This document shows, in pieces, positions 51,024 to 61,217 of a DNA stretch of 64,000 nt. A program made the position numbers and the translations under genes. Numbering within the stretch: position 1 is the stretch's first letter; each line of letters opens with the position of its first letter. The DNA lies in contig OY762463.1 in the NCBI GenBank assembly GCA_963665815.1, forward strand, positions 3,008,001-3,072,000. The letters run 5' to 3'. Origin of the DNA: Candidatus Cloacimonadales bacterium (GTDB lineage Bacteria; Cloacimonadota; Cloacimonadia; Cloacimonadales; JAIOQZ01). The notes beneath the pieces were generated by a model, which had not been told where the DNA came from, ran no database searches, and saw nothing but the letters and a program-made list of their open reading frames with translations.

Positions 51024-52124
51024 ATGATAAAAAGCACACTTAAATTTATTTTGTTGATGTCTTGTCTTCAAATACTTACAGGCTGCATGTTTGCAGGTCC
51101 TAAAAATCTCGAAGTTTTTTTCGGAAAAGCTCAAATGTATGGCTTTGAGCATGAAGACGAAGTCATTGCTCCCAAAAAGAATGTTGGTGTTTATGTTAAT
51201 GTAACAGGGCTCAATGATGCTTTATTATGGAACTCTACACCTTCCGACTCAGTACTCATGAAGATGAGAGAAAACAGCAGGGTGAGAATACGTTTTGGTA
51301 AGGATGTTCTTAAGCATGATATTATATCTTTTGTCCGATCTTCTATCCATAACGAGGCTCTCTATACCGGAGAATTTATTGTTGATCCCGACAGTTTGGA
51401 TGTTAAAAATCTGGTTGAAACTATTAACCTGAATGTAGTTGTAAATAAGCTTACTTGTAGTGCTGTAGTTAGTCATGGCAGAAAGGATGTTTGGATTAAT
51501 GAAAATACGTATATTACGGTTGATACATATAGACTATTCGATAACCTCATTGATATAGACTTAAACTTTGAGCTGATTCATAATGAAAAAGTTATTTTTG
51601 AGCAGCATATTCAGCAGAACTTTAAGAAAGAAAAACTGCGTTCTGTTCGCAGAAACCGAATTGCCGCCATGAGAGAATTATCTAAAGCACTATCTTCAAG
51701 AATAAACTTCATTTCCAATGACATTGTTTTCAAGACCAATCTGCAAATTAGTAAATTATCAAATCTTAAAGAATATAAGTATTATGCTCATGATGATATT
51801 CATGCTGAATTAATTCAACCGGAAATTGTGCATGGATTGCCGGCAAACTTTTATAAACCCGGATATTTACAGTTTCATATAGATGGAGAAAGCTTACTGT
51901 GGGGAGAACTTATAGGCCGTGATGAAACGAAATATTATATTGAGGATGAAGAATTTCTGATTACTGTTGTAAAAGATAAGCTTCTATCCATAAAAGATAA
52001 ATCGGGAAAAGATGTTACAAAAGAAACTCTGGCTGAATCAGTGATAATTCCAACAAATATGCTGAGAGAAAATGGAAGTACTTATTTAAGAACTCCCATT
52101 AAGAGAAGATTTGATGTTAAATAA
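51024..52124 (+). CDS. Uncharacterised lipoprotein (paralog 1 of 3)
   Basis: GGAG before ATG 51024, lipobox LTGC, and shared motifs KKNVGV, HNEAL and LWGELIG. Confidence 0.75.
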   Translation: MIKSTLKFILLMSCLQILTGCMFAGPKNLEVFFGKAQMYGFEHEDEVIAPKKNVGVYVNVTGLNDALLWNSTPSDSVLMKMRENSRVRIRFGKDVLKHDIISFVRSSIHNEALYTGEFIVDPDSLDVKNLVETINLNVVVNKLTCSAVVSHGRKDVWINENTYITVDTYRLFDNLIDIDLNFELIHNEKVIFEQHIQQNFKKEKLRSVRRNRIAAMRELSKALSSRINFISNDIVFKTNLQISKLSNLKEYKYYAHDDIHAELIQPEIVHGLPANFYKPGYLQFHIDGESLLWGELIGRDETKYYIEDEEFLITVVKDKLLSIKDKSGKDVTKETLAESVIIPTNMLRENGSTYLRTPIKRRFDVK

Positions 52125-52176
52125 AATCTATGAGATTCCTTTGTACATCATATGTTTATAGTAAATCTTTAAAAAC

Positions 52177-53016
52177 TCAAAACTTATAACTCACACCGAA
52201 ATAATTCGGCATAACAGACAAAGACACATTATTGTACTTCTTCTTGTGGAGTTCCGGGACAATGTACCCAATAGCACCACCAACTACTGCTCCAACTATT
52301 ACATCTGAAGTGAAGTGTTCACCTGCCTCAACACGACAGTAACCTGTAAATGCTGCAGCACTCAAAGAAGTCGTCCATATTACTTTGCTCCAGGTATTAT
52401 TGCCATAAATATCGGTATACGTTTTTGAGAAAAAAACAGCAGCGGCAAAGGCACCGGAAGTGTGCCCCGAGAAGAATGACGACTTAGCTTCAGGGGCTTC
52501 ATCTCCCTGGAAATTGAATCTCTCTTCAGGCGAGAAGGAGTTATTGTATAAGTATGGTCTGGTTCTTTGAGTCATTGCCTTGGTTAATACCGTAATCCCT
52601 TTTGTCAGATAATATGTTTCAAGATACATGGAAGCATATACGGCAGTATTTCGCCACTGTTTTTTATAGATTTGGGGAATTATAATCGCTGCCGGCAGGA
52701 TAGGAAAAGTGCTTGAGAAGAAATCACTGGCATCGTCAAGATTTCTGTCCCAGTTTCGTGTCGCAGGTCTGTCGAAAGGGTTTACATCACTTCGATCAAG
52801 TTTTTCAATTTCAGAAACTGTCAGATCGAAATCTGTTTCATTCATAACAATATCTCCACTAAAACTTAAAGCTGTTGCAAGTGGAAAGATATAATAATCT
52901 TTCTTGTTAAACTCATATGGGAAATCTTTTTTTTCTGCATTTAGCAATACTTGAGTCCCCAGAATAATCATTACCAACATTATAATTTTTCTATGCATTT
53001 TTTTATGCTCCTGCAT
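52177..53016 (-). CDS. PAP2-family phosphatase
   Basis: KAMTQRTRP, SFFSGH and RVEAGEHFTSDV. Confidence 0.9.
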   Translation of the reverse strand: MQEHKKMHRKIIMLVMIILGTQVLLNAEKKDFPYEFNKKDYYIFPLATALSFSGDIVMNETDFDLTVSEIEKLDRSDVNPFDRPATRNWDRNLDDASDFFSSTFPILPAAIIIPQIYKKQWRNTAVYASMYLETYYLTKGITVLTKAMTQRTRPYLYNNSFSPEERFNFQGDEAPEAKSSFFSGHTSGAFAAAVFFSKTYTDIYGNNTWSKVIWTTSLSAAAFTGYCRVEAGEHFTSDVIVGAVVGGAIGYIVPELHKKKYNNVSLSVMPNYFGVSYKF

Positions 53017-53327
53017 GTATACTCCTTTTTATAGATATCAATCTTGACATAAAATCATCTTATCTCTTATCTTATTATCCTTGTTGTTACAAGTTTCATC
53101 CCCAACACAAATCAGATCAACATTTTTCTATTGCTTTGATATGAGAGCTACTATACTTCCCAAAAGAAATTTGTTAATTTTTAACTGACAAATCAGCATA
53201 AACTACAGTTTGAATGGGATTATTCAATGGTGAATCGGAATTCATACAAGTCGATTATATCTGTAAAAAATAATATTTTCTTGACCAAAACAAAAAAAAT
53301 CCTCAATTTATCGTAACAACCAAGCAT

Positions 53328-53344
53328 TGATGTAATTTACATCA
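53328..53344. promoter_or_regulatory. Perfect dyad upstream of the GLUG protein gene (operator or RNA hairpin)
   Basis: TGATGTAA-T-TTACATCA. Confidence 0.4.
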
Positions 53345-53445
53345 TCTATTGAGGTAATCTCAGTGGATTATTAACTGACGAAATAAAGCACATTGAACTT
53401 AAAATATTAAACATATAGTATAATTAGTTTTCTAAGGGAGTATGT

Positions 53446-56379
53446 ATGAAGTATATATTATTAATAGTTTATGTATTATTTTCTTCATTATTATTTGGGC
53501 AGGGAATTGAACCAACAGGAGATCCTCGTCAGGTTTCTACTCTGGAACATCTGCAGTGGATCAGTGAAAATCCAACGTGCTGGGGAGATGATTTCAGTCA
53601 GACAGCAAGCATTGACGCATCTGCAACATCGGGTTGGAATAATGGTAACGGTTTTAGTCCTATAGGCAACTCAACAACACCTTTTTCCGGTGTTTATGAA
53701 GGTAATGGTCATGTAATTGATGGACTGTTTATAGATTTAGCAGGTTCGAATGAAGTGGGCTTCTTCGGATATGCTGAAAATGCAATTATCACTGAATTAG
53801 GTATTACTAATGTAAACATCACTGCTTCACGTAAAGCCGGCGCTCTTATTGGAAAAAGCAATAACTCAAATTTATCAAAGTGTTACAGTACAGGAGCAGT
53901 GTTTTCGAACTGGGCAGCTGGTGGATTAATTGGTAGAAGTGAAACCGACACACTGGATTTCTGCTTTAGCAGAGTAAATGTAACCGGTACCGGGAATGGG
54001 GATTACACGGGTGGATTGATAGGAATTGCAGAAGTCAATACAAGTATATCAAACTGCTATTGCAGAGGAAATGTTTCGGGAGATAACTATGTCGGAGGTC
54101 TGGTTGGAGTATGTGTAGGTGCTGCTATTGAATTCTGCTACAGCACAGGAGCAGTTTCTGCAAATAGTGTTGCAGGAGGATTTGCCGGATTCATTGATGC
54201 AACAACATCTATTGACAGTTGCTTCTGGGATATGGATAATTCAGGACAATCTATCAGTGCAGGTGGTATTGGTCTGACAACTCAGGAAGCAAAATACTTA
54301 TATGGCTATCATGCTTATGGCTGGGATTTTGCTCGTGAATCTTTTAATGGAACAGTAAATTGTTGGGATATGGATTTTAGTGGTATTAAAAACGATGGCT
54401 ATCCTTATTTGTTCTGGGAAGATGGAAACAGTGTTTCATTACAACCACCGAGCGGAACAGGTCAGGATATAAACCCCTACCAGATAAGCAATCTGTTTGA
54501 ACTTTTCTGGATTTCTGCTAATCCGGGTAAATGGAACAAAATATATATACAGACTGCAGATATTAATGCCGGAGATACACAATATTGGAATAAAGGTCAT
54601 GGATTCAATCCAATTGGTAATACTGAAAATAATTTTACCGGTACATATAATGGTGGAAATTATGTGATTGACAGTCTCTTCATAGATAGACCGAACTCTG
54701 ATTATCAAGCACTTTTAGGAAAGGTTCAATCTACAGGAGTTAAAAATATAAGTCTTACTAATGCAAATATTACCGGAAAGGATTACACAGGAGGTATAAT
54801 CGGGAGCATTATATTTGGGACACGGATAGAAAACTTAACCTGTACCGGAAGTATTTTTGGTGAAGAGCTTACCGGAGGAATAATAGGTTTTGCTTATCCC
54901 AGAGGTGATGATCGAAGCATATCAAACTGTTCAAGTTCATGTGACGTAGTATCTGTTAACTCCAATTATATTGGCAGTTTAATAGGAAACAATTACAGAT
55001 ATAGAGTGTTGAACTGCCATAGCTCAGGAAGTGTAATTGCTGATGATAGCTTTTCATGTGGAGGATTGATCGGCAGTAATAGCGGAACAATCGAATCATG
55101 TTCAAGTTCAGCATTCGTCTCCGGACTTAATTTAACTAATATTGGAGGTCTGGTTGGTTATAACTCTGGAGATGTTGTGAATTCTTTCTCCACGGGTGAT
55201 GTTTATTGTGCAACAGCTCAAAATGTGGGAGGATTAGTAGGTTCCGTTGTTTATGGGAGTGTTGTTAATTGTTTCAGCAGCAGTAATGTTACAGCTCAGA
55301 ATGATGCAGGAGGATTAATCGGGTTTTTGCACAGTTCAACTGAAATAGCAAATTGTTACAGCAGTGGAGCAGTTAGCAGTACAAGCAATGCAGGAGGGTT
55401 AGTTGGTTCAGGAGCCGGTACTGTTACAGGTTGCTTCTGGGATACTCAGACATCAGGTCAGTCCGTCAGTGCTGGTGGTACTGGCAGAAACACAAACAAT
55501 ATGCAGTCCATGTATACGTACCTTAATGCAGGCTGGGACTTTATTGGAGAAACTGATAATGGAACAGATGATGTCTGGGTTTTACGTAATGGGCATTATC
55601 CTGAGTGTGCAGCAGAATTTACTCCACCTGTAATCAGCAGTATATCTGATATCCCCGGAGATCAGGGACATCAGGTTGAAATACTCTGGAGCAGAGCATC
55701 TATGGACACTCAGTATTTCAATACCAGATTCTATTCAATATGGCGTCTAACTGAAACTTCTCCAACAAGAAATTTGAACGATACAGTATTGAATTCTCTT
55801 GAAAATTTTTCAACCATACTTACAAGCTTTACTGACTCAAATTCAGGCAATTCAAGAACTGTAAACGAACAGAATACCGTGAATAGCAATCTGTTCCTGC
55901 ACACAAGAAACAGTTATTGGACATATCTCGACACAATTCCGTCTATGATGCTCAGCAATTACGCAGTTATTGCTCCAACAATGATTGACTCTATACAATC
56001 TCTTTCTGTAGATGAGTATGAAACAACCTTCATGGTCGTCTATCATTTTGAGAATGGCTTCTATCAATCTGATCCTCTGTCCGGTTACTCACTCGATAAT
56101 ATACCGCCTCTGGCAGTTGATAACGTGCAGGTTGATCTGAGTCAAACAAGGACTACCGGTCTTGTTCTCCAATGGAACGAAGTAACCGACGGACTATACA
56201 ACGGGAATCTGTATCCGGAACTGAATGGAGTATACTACAAAATATATGCTTCTCCCTCACCCGACTTTGTATGCGACCAGTCTACGTATTTGACAACCAC
56301 ACAGGATTTGAGCTATACAATAGATACTATAGGATCAAACAAGAAATTCTTCCGAGTTGTCGTGAGCGATCAGCCATAA
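53446..56379 (+). CDS. Secreted GLUG-motif repeat protein
   Basis: Signal peptide, many (V/A)GGL(V/I)G repeats, two CFWD..SGQS.SAGG/WDF modules and a C-terminal FN3-like module ending KKFFRVVV. Confidence 0.88.
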   Translation: MKYILLIVYVLFSSLLFGQGIEPTGDPRQVSTLEHLQWISENPTCWGDDFSQTASIDASATSGWNNGNGFSPIGNSTTPFSGVYEGNGHVIDGLFIDLAGSNEVGFFGYAENAIITELGITNVNITASRKAGALIGKSNNSNLSKCYSTGAVFSNWAAGGLIGRSETDTLDFCFSRVNVTGTGNGDYTGGLIGIAEVNTSISNCYCRGNVSGDNYVGGLVGVCVGAAIEFCYSTGAVSANSVAGGFAGFIDATTSIDSCFWDMDNSGQSISAGGIGLTTQEAKYLYGYHAYGWDFARESFNGTVNCWDMDFSGIKNDGYPYLFWEDGNSVSLQPPSGTGQDINPYQISNLFELFWISANPGKWNKIYIQTADINAGDTQYWNKGHGFNPIGNTENNFTGTYNGGNYVIDSLFIDRPNSDYQALLGKVQSTGVKNISLTNANITGKDYTGGIIGSIIFGTRIENLTCTGSIFGEELTGGIIGFAYPRGDDRSISNCSSSCDVVSVNSNYIGSLIGNNYRYRVLNCHSSGSVIADDSFSCGGLIGSNSGTIESCSSSAFVSGLNLTNIGGLVGYNSGDVVNSFSTGDVYCATAQNVGGLVGSVVYGSVVNCFSSSNVTAQNDAGGLIGFLHSSTEIANCYSSGAVSSTSNAGGLVGSGAGTVTGCFWDTQTSGQSVSAGGTGRNTNNMQSMYTYLNAGWDFIGETDNGTDDVWVLRNGHYPECAAEFTPPVISSISDIPGDQGHQVEILWSRASMDTQYFNTRFYSIWRLTETSPTRNLNDTVLNSLENFSTILTSFTDSNSGNSRTVNEQNTVNSNLFLHTRNSYWTYLDTIPSMMLSNYAVIAPTMIDSIQSLSVDEYETTFMVVYHFENGFYQSDPLSGYSLDNIPPLAVDNVQVDLSQTRTTGLVLQWNEVTDGLYNGNLYPELNGVYYKIYASPSPDFVCDQSTYLTTTQDLSYTIDTIGSNKKFFRVVVSDQP

Positions 56380-56411
56380 CCCAAATAAGCAAATTGATGA
56401 ACATAATATTG

Positions 56412-56439
56412 ACTGCCCGATAAAAAGGGCAGTTTTTTT
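56412..56439 (+). terminator. Rho-independent terminator
   Basis: ACTGCCC-gataaaaa-GGGCAGT followed by a T run. Confidence 0.85.
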
Positions 56440-56463
56440 ACTATAAGAAATTATGATATTTCG

Positions 56464-56488
56464 CTTGACTTTTAAATAACCAATGAAA
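56464..56488 (+). promoter_or_regulatory. Duplicated promoter element, copy 1
   Basis: CTTGACTTTTAAATAACCAATGAAA, 24/25 identical to 57696-57720; contains -35-like TTGACT. Confidence 0.65.
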
Positions 56489-56517
56489 AATTCACAAAAA
56501 AAACAGGAAAATAATTT

Positions 56518-57618
56518 ATGTTCAGGAAATTATCTATATTAGCACTTTTAATACTTGTACTATCTATATTATTCGGGTGTGCATCTGCAGCAAATAGCTA
56601 TGCATCTGAGATGGAAAAATATTTTGATAATAATAAAGCTGATTTAAGAAATCTTAAATATCCGGCTAAGGTTATGGAGAAAAAGAATATCGGGGTGAAT
56701 CTGGAAGTGGTTGCGAACAACAATGCTTTTATGCCTTCAGTTACACTTGGAGAAAAGACATTCTGGAAAACAATTCTCGGAAAGAGCAAGTTAATAACTA
56801 TCGGGCAGGATATGATATGGCAGGATATGCTCTCATTTTTTGAAACAGAAATACACAATGAAGCATTAAGGAATGGGAATTTTATAATAAATCCTAGCGA
56901 TGAACAGAAAAGTAAACTTGCACATATTTATGATTTAAAGGTTACTGTGAAAAAACTTAACACAGGATCAGAGGTGTCATCCGAAACTGTAGCATCTTTA
57001 GGTGGTACAATACCAGATGGAAGTTTTCATGCAGGTATTGCGTTCGTTTTCGCTTTGTCAAACTGCAATACTGATATCGTATTTGATATAGAATTTTCAG
57101 AAGGTACTGAAAACCTTATCAATAAATCCTTCAGCAAGAACTATATCCCCCCGGAGGATATTTATGGGCTTAACAGAGATTACAAAGAAGTTATAGGCTT
57201 TCTCAGTAATCAACTGAGATCAGGTATTGAAGAAGCTGCATATCTAATAGTGAGTGGAATTAATGATGAATCAAAATATGATACAGACTTAAATGTAATT
57301 GAGACATTAAATCAAATGACGGTTTATAAACTGCACTTGCAAGCAAAGATAAATAAAACTCAAGCCTTGAATGACTTTGAGGAAGGATGTCATAAAATTA
57401 CTACTTCTGAAGGAAAGGTATTCTGGGGTAATTTGATTGGAAAAAACGGGAAGAAATATTTAGCCGGATATAATGATCTGCTTGTTACAATAGCAGAAGA
57501 AAAGCTGATTTCGGTTGAAACAGATAAGGGAGAGAATATCACAGAATCGGTTACAAAATCTCTACAGCCAGTGAAAATTAAATACAATAAATACAGAAAG
57601 TTTTACGATATAATCTAA
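56518..57618 (+). CDS. Uncharacterised lipoprotein (paralog 2 of 3)
   Basis: Lipobox LFGC; KKNIGVNL, GQDMIWQDM, HNEAL, CNTD and FWG. Confidence 0.8.
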   Translation: MFRKLSILALLILVLSILFGCASAANSYASEMEKYFDNNKADLRNLKYPAKVMEKKNIGVNLEVVANNNAFMPSVTLGEKTFWKTILGKSKLITIGQDMIWQDMLSFFETEIHNEALRNGNFIINPSDEQKSKLAHIYDLKVTVKKLNTGSEVSSETVASLGGTIPDGSFHAGIAFVFALSNCNTDIVFDIEFSEGTENLINKSFSKNYIPPEDIYGLNRDYKEVIGFLSNQLRSGIEEAAYLIVSGINDESKYDTDLNVIETLNQMTVYKLHLQAKINKTQALNDFEEGCHKITTSEGKVFWGNLIGKNGKKYLAGYNDLLVTIAEEKLISVETDKGENITESVTKSLQPVKIKYNKYRKFYDII

Positions 57619-57695
57619 ACTGCAATGTCTTTAATAAACTGATACAGCCCTTATGTAGGCAGCTTCCTAATATAAGAGCTATGACCAGATTTTCT

Positions 57696-57720
57696 CTTGA
57701 CTTTTGAATAACCAATGAAA
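57696..57720 (+). promoter_or_regulatory. Duplicated promoter element, copy 2
   Basis: CTTGACTTTTGAATAACCAATGAAA. Confidence 0.65.
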
Positions 57721-57753
57721 CTTTCAAAGCAAAATATATTTGGAGATTGATAT

Positions 57754-58911
57754 ATGTTCAGACGACATTTCATGATAACAGTTTCAATAATAATTGTAGC
57801 TTTATTACTTGGTTGTGCATCTGCACCGCTTACACGAATAGATAAAATGAAGGAATATTTCAAAGGAAACAGGGTAGATCTTAATACTCGCGATTATCCG
57901 GGGGATATAACACATAAGATGAATGTTGGTGTGAATCTGAAAGTTGTTGCCGGTAATGAAAATTATATAACTGCAGAGAGCTCAGATATTGAAGAAATCG
58001 AAAATTTGAAACCTTATGAAGAAATAAATGTGAAGTTGGGTCAGGATATGATCTGGCAGGATATGATTTCATACTTTACTGCCTCAGTTCATAATGAAGC
58101 ATTGAAGACAGGTAATTTTGTGATCAATCCCAAAAGTGAACAATTAGGTGATTTGCCCCATGTCTATGATCTGGAAATAACGGTCAGGGAATTAGGTACA
58201 GAATCTAAGATTAAAAAGGAAATTAATCCTGAGGCAGTAAAATCCGGATTTAAACATAATGTAAAAGTAGCAAATGTAAATGGTCAAAATATCAGTGTTC
58301 CCACGGGTGGGAAAATGACAGGTACCAAACTTAACTATTTAAGTAAATTTGTTGATTGCAATACAGACGTTGTTTTTGATGTAACCTTGAAGGAAGCTGA
58401 TAGTGTCCTTTATAATCAGAGCTTTTCTAAAAATTTTGTTCCGGGCTCAGTAAATCATCAAACTGATTTTGAATACAGACAAATTATTGAGTATCTGGCG
58501 AAGCAATTGAGCTTTGGTATAGATGAGTCGGCATATATTATTGTAAGTGCAGTTAATGCAGAAGTTGATAAAATTCCGGATCTCAAGAACTACAGTCAAC
58601 TGACAAAAAGTATGATTGGAGAAATGAGAATGAAAGCCGGAATAAACTTAGAGCACCCCATGAACGTATATAAGGAAGGATGCTCCAAGATATACACGAT
58701 TTTCGGTGATATTTTCTGGGGTGAGTTTTTCGGAATACAGGAAGGTAACTATCTGGTTACATACGATAAGGTTTTGATTAAAATCGCTGAGGATAAACTA
58801 CTCAAGGTTGAGGATACAGACGGTAATGATATTACCGAAGAAACAATAAAGAAGGTAAGACCAAGTAGTATTATCATCGGACTTGATGAAAAACTGATTG
58901 AGATATTGTAA
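57754..58911 (+). CDS. Uncharacterised lipoprotein (paralog 3 of 3)
   Basis: Lipobox LLGC; KMNVGVNL, GQDMIWQDM, HNEAL, CNTD and FWG. Confidence 0.8.
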   Translation: MFRRHFMITVSIIIVALLLGCASAPLTRIDKMKEYFKGNRVDLNTRDYPGDITHKMNVGVNLKVVAGNENYITAESSDIEEIENLKPYEEINVKLGQDMIWQDMISYFTASVHNEALKTGNFVINPKSEQLGDLPHVYDLEITVRELGTESKIKKEINPEAVKSGFKHNVKVANVNGQNISVPTGGKMTGTKLNYLSKFVDCNTDVVFDVTLKEADSVLYNQSFSKNFVPGSVNHQTDFEYRQIIEYLAKQLSFGIDESAYIIVSAVNAEVDKIPDLKNYSQLTKSMIGEMRMKAGINLEHPMNVYKEGCSKIYTIFGDIFWGEFFGIQEGNYLVTYDKVLIKIAEDKLLKVEDTDGNDITEETIKKVRPSSIIIGLDEKLIEIL

Positions 58912-58940
58912 GCTTCTTTAGTTGTAGATTAATTTTTTTG

Positions 58941-58972
58941 AACTGCTCCGTTGTGGGCAGTTTTTTATTTTT
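58941..58972 (+). terminator. Rho-independent terminator
   Basis: AACTGCTC-cgttgt-GGGCAGTT with a T-rich tail; resembles the 56412 terminator. Confidence 0.8.
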
Positions 58973-59069
58973 CCTTGCTCCCCAAACCACTACTTATATT
59001 TTTGCCCTGAAACCGAATAACGCAATATAAATGCATTGCTTAGCCGGATAAAACTACATTGAGGTAAAA

Positions 59070-60533
59070 ATGAATAAACTGAAATTATCCATGGATAATT
59101 TAGACGAAATGTTCCCAACCGACTTCACAGAAGAACAGATAGCTTCTGCTAAAACAATATTCTTTAAAGAATTATCACTCGAAGCACATAAATTTTACGG
59201 TGGTAAAATCCAGACTGTTCCCCAATCCGGTTTGTACGGATTCCAATGGTTCAACTGCTGGTATACGCCTGGTGTTTCCAGTGTATCAACAACAATCAGG
59301 GATAGCAACGATGCATCTTTTGAGCTGAGCGGCAGAGGAAATCTGGTTGCGATAGTAAGTGATTCCACCCGAGTTCTCGGTGATGGCGACTGTACTCCTC
59401 CCGGAGGTCTTGGGGTTATGGAAGGGAAAGCCTTTCTCATGAAGTATCTCGGTGGAGTGGATGCTGTTCCTTTGTGCATAGATAGTAGAGACGAAAACGG
59501 TCAGAACGATCCGCAGAAGATTATAGATTTTGTTAAAATGTGTCAGCATTCATTCGGGGCAGTGAATCTGGAAGATATATCCCAACCGCAATGCTATGAA
59601 GTGCTGGACAAGCTCAGAGAGTCCTGCGATATTCCCGTATGGCATGATGATGCTCAGGGAACTGCTTCTGTAACTCTGGCAGGATTTATCAATGCTCTTA
59701 AACTTACCGGGAAACCTGTTGATCAGGTTAGAATTGTACTTCTCGGTGCAGGGGCATCCAACACTACAATTGCCAGACTTCTTATCAAATACGGAGCAGA
59801 TCCGGCCAAAATGGTAATCTTTGATTCTCGAGGCGGACTTCACAGAAACAGATCTGATATTGAGCAGGCAAAAGCTTTTTATCGTAAATGGGAATTATGC
59901 AAGCAGACAAATCCGGAACGTATTGACACAATCGAAGAAGCTATGAACGGGGCAGATGCTCTGATAGCTCTTTCCAAACCGGGACCGGACACAGTAAAAC
60001 CCGAATGGATAGAATCAATGGGGGATAAGCCGATTGTTTTTACCTGTGCTAACCCTGTTCCTGAGATTTATCCTTATGCAGCTAAAAATGCCGGAGCTTA
60101 TGTTGTGGCAACAGGTAGGGGAGACTTTCCTAATCAGGTTAACAACTCTCTCGGTTTCCCGGGGATTCTCAAAGGGGCTCTGGTTACACGTGCCAGAAAG
60201 ATAACTGATAACATGGCAATAACTGCAGCGGTAGCACTGGCGGAATATGCTTATAAAAAGGGAATAGACAATGAGAACATTCTTCCTAAGATGGACGACA
60301 TGAATGTATTCCCATATGTTGCATCAAAAGTGGCGGAACAGGCTGTAAAAGACCGTGTAGCAAGAATTGAGCTGACCGGAAAGCAGGTTTACGAAATTGC
60401 ATACAATGGCATAATAAATGCTCAAAGAACTACAGAACTTCTGATGAAAGAAGGATTAATAAAAGAATTTCCGGCTGAAAAGTTGACTGAAATTTTCGAA
60501 AATGTTATAAATGCAGTCAGAAATGGAAAGTAA
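59070..60533 (+). CDS. NAD(P)-dependent malic enzyme
   Basis: YTPGV, RVLGDGD, VMEGKA, NLEDI, WHDDAQGTA, GAGAS, ANPVPEI and PNQVNN. Confidence 0.95.
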   Translation: MNKLKLSMDNLDEMFPTDFTEEQIASAKTIFFKELSLEAHKFYGGKIQTVPQSGLYGFQWFNCWYTPGVSSVSTTIRDSNDASFELSGRGNLVAIVSDSTRVLGDGDCTPPGGLGVMEGKAFLMKYLGGVDAVPLCIDSRDENGQNDPQKIIDFVKMCQHSFGAVNLEDISQPQCYEVLDKLRESCDIPVWHDDAQGTASVTLAGFINALKLTGKPVDQVRIVLLGAGASNTTIARLLIKYGADPAKMVIFDSRGGLHRNRSDIEQAKAFYRKWELCKQTNPERIDTIEEAMNGADALIALSKPGPDTVKPEWIESMGDKPIVFTCANPVPEIYPYAAKNAGAYVVATGRGDFPNQVNNSLGFPGILKGALVTRARKITDNMAITAAVALAEYAYKKGIDNENILPKMDDMNVFPYVASKVAEQAVKDRVARIELTGKQVYEIAYNGIINAQRTTELLMKEGLIKEFPAEKLTEIFENVINAVRNGK

Positions 60534-60535
60534 AT

Positions 60536-61189
60536 ATGAATATAATTAAAACATTCAGAGAAAAGTACTATTTATTGAGAGGTCAGCGTTTCCTGATGAA
60601 GGGAAATCCTGAAAAAGCGTATTTCTATTTTCAGAAAGCTGTATTTCTTGGTGGATCGAATCATGTTCAGTACAGTATGGGTTTATGTCTTGTTTCCATG
60701 AACAGATATCAGGAAGCAGAGCATTTCCTTAAACAGGCTGTGGACAGTTTCCCTGAGAATGATCTTGTGCTTGTAACCTATGGTGAATGCATGCTGATGC
60801 AGAGAAAATGGGAACAGGCAAGAGGCGTTTTCGAGAAGTTGTGCGAGTTGAATAACTCGAAGTATGCCAAGTATCTTACTGTTGCGATTGATCCCATTAA
60901 ACGTGATAAATATGTTGCATCCAAAGAAAGTTTCAATGAAGCTCAGAAAGCAATCAATCTGCGTGACTATGAAAAAGCGTTGGTATTACTTGAAAAAGCT
61001 TATGAGCTTGATAATCATAATGCATATATTGTAAATAATATTGGTTCTGTTATGCTTTCGCTGGGAAAACCTTTAAAAGAAGTATATGGTTATTTTGAGA
61101 AAGCAGTGGTGATTGATCCGGATAATCAGAAATTCAGGCAGAACCTTCTGTATGTTAAAAAACTCATGAGTGGAGTCAAAAAGAAGTGA
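60536..61189 (+). CDS. TPR-repeat protein
   Basis: Tandem TPR motifs over the whole length. Confidence 0.85.
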   Translation: MNIIKTFREKYYLLRGQRFLMKGNPEKAYFYFQKAVFLGGSNHVQYSMGLCLVSMNRYQEAEHFLKQAVDSFPENDLVLVTYGECMLMQRKWEQARGVFEKLCELNNSKYAKYLTVAIDPIKRDKYVASKESFNEAQKAINLRDYEKALVLLEKAYELDNHNAYIVNNIGSVMLSLGKPLKEVYGYFEKAVVIDPDNQKFRQNLLYVKKLMSGVKKK

Positions 61190-61217
61190 TTCCTTCTGGA
61201 GTTACCGGAGAAATCTC

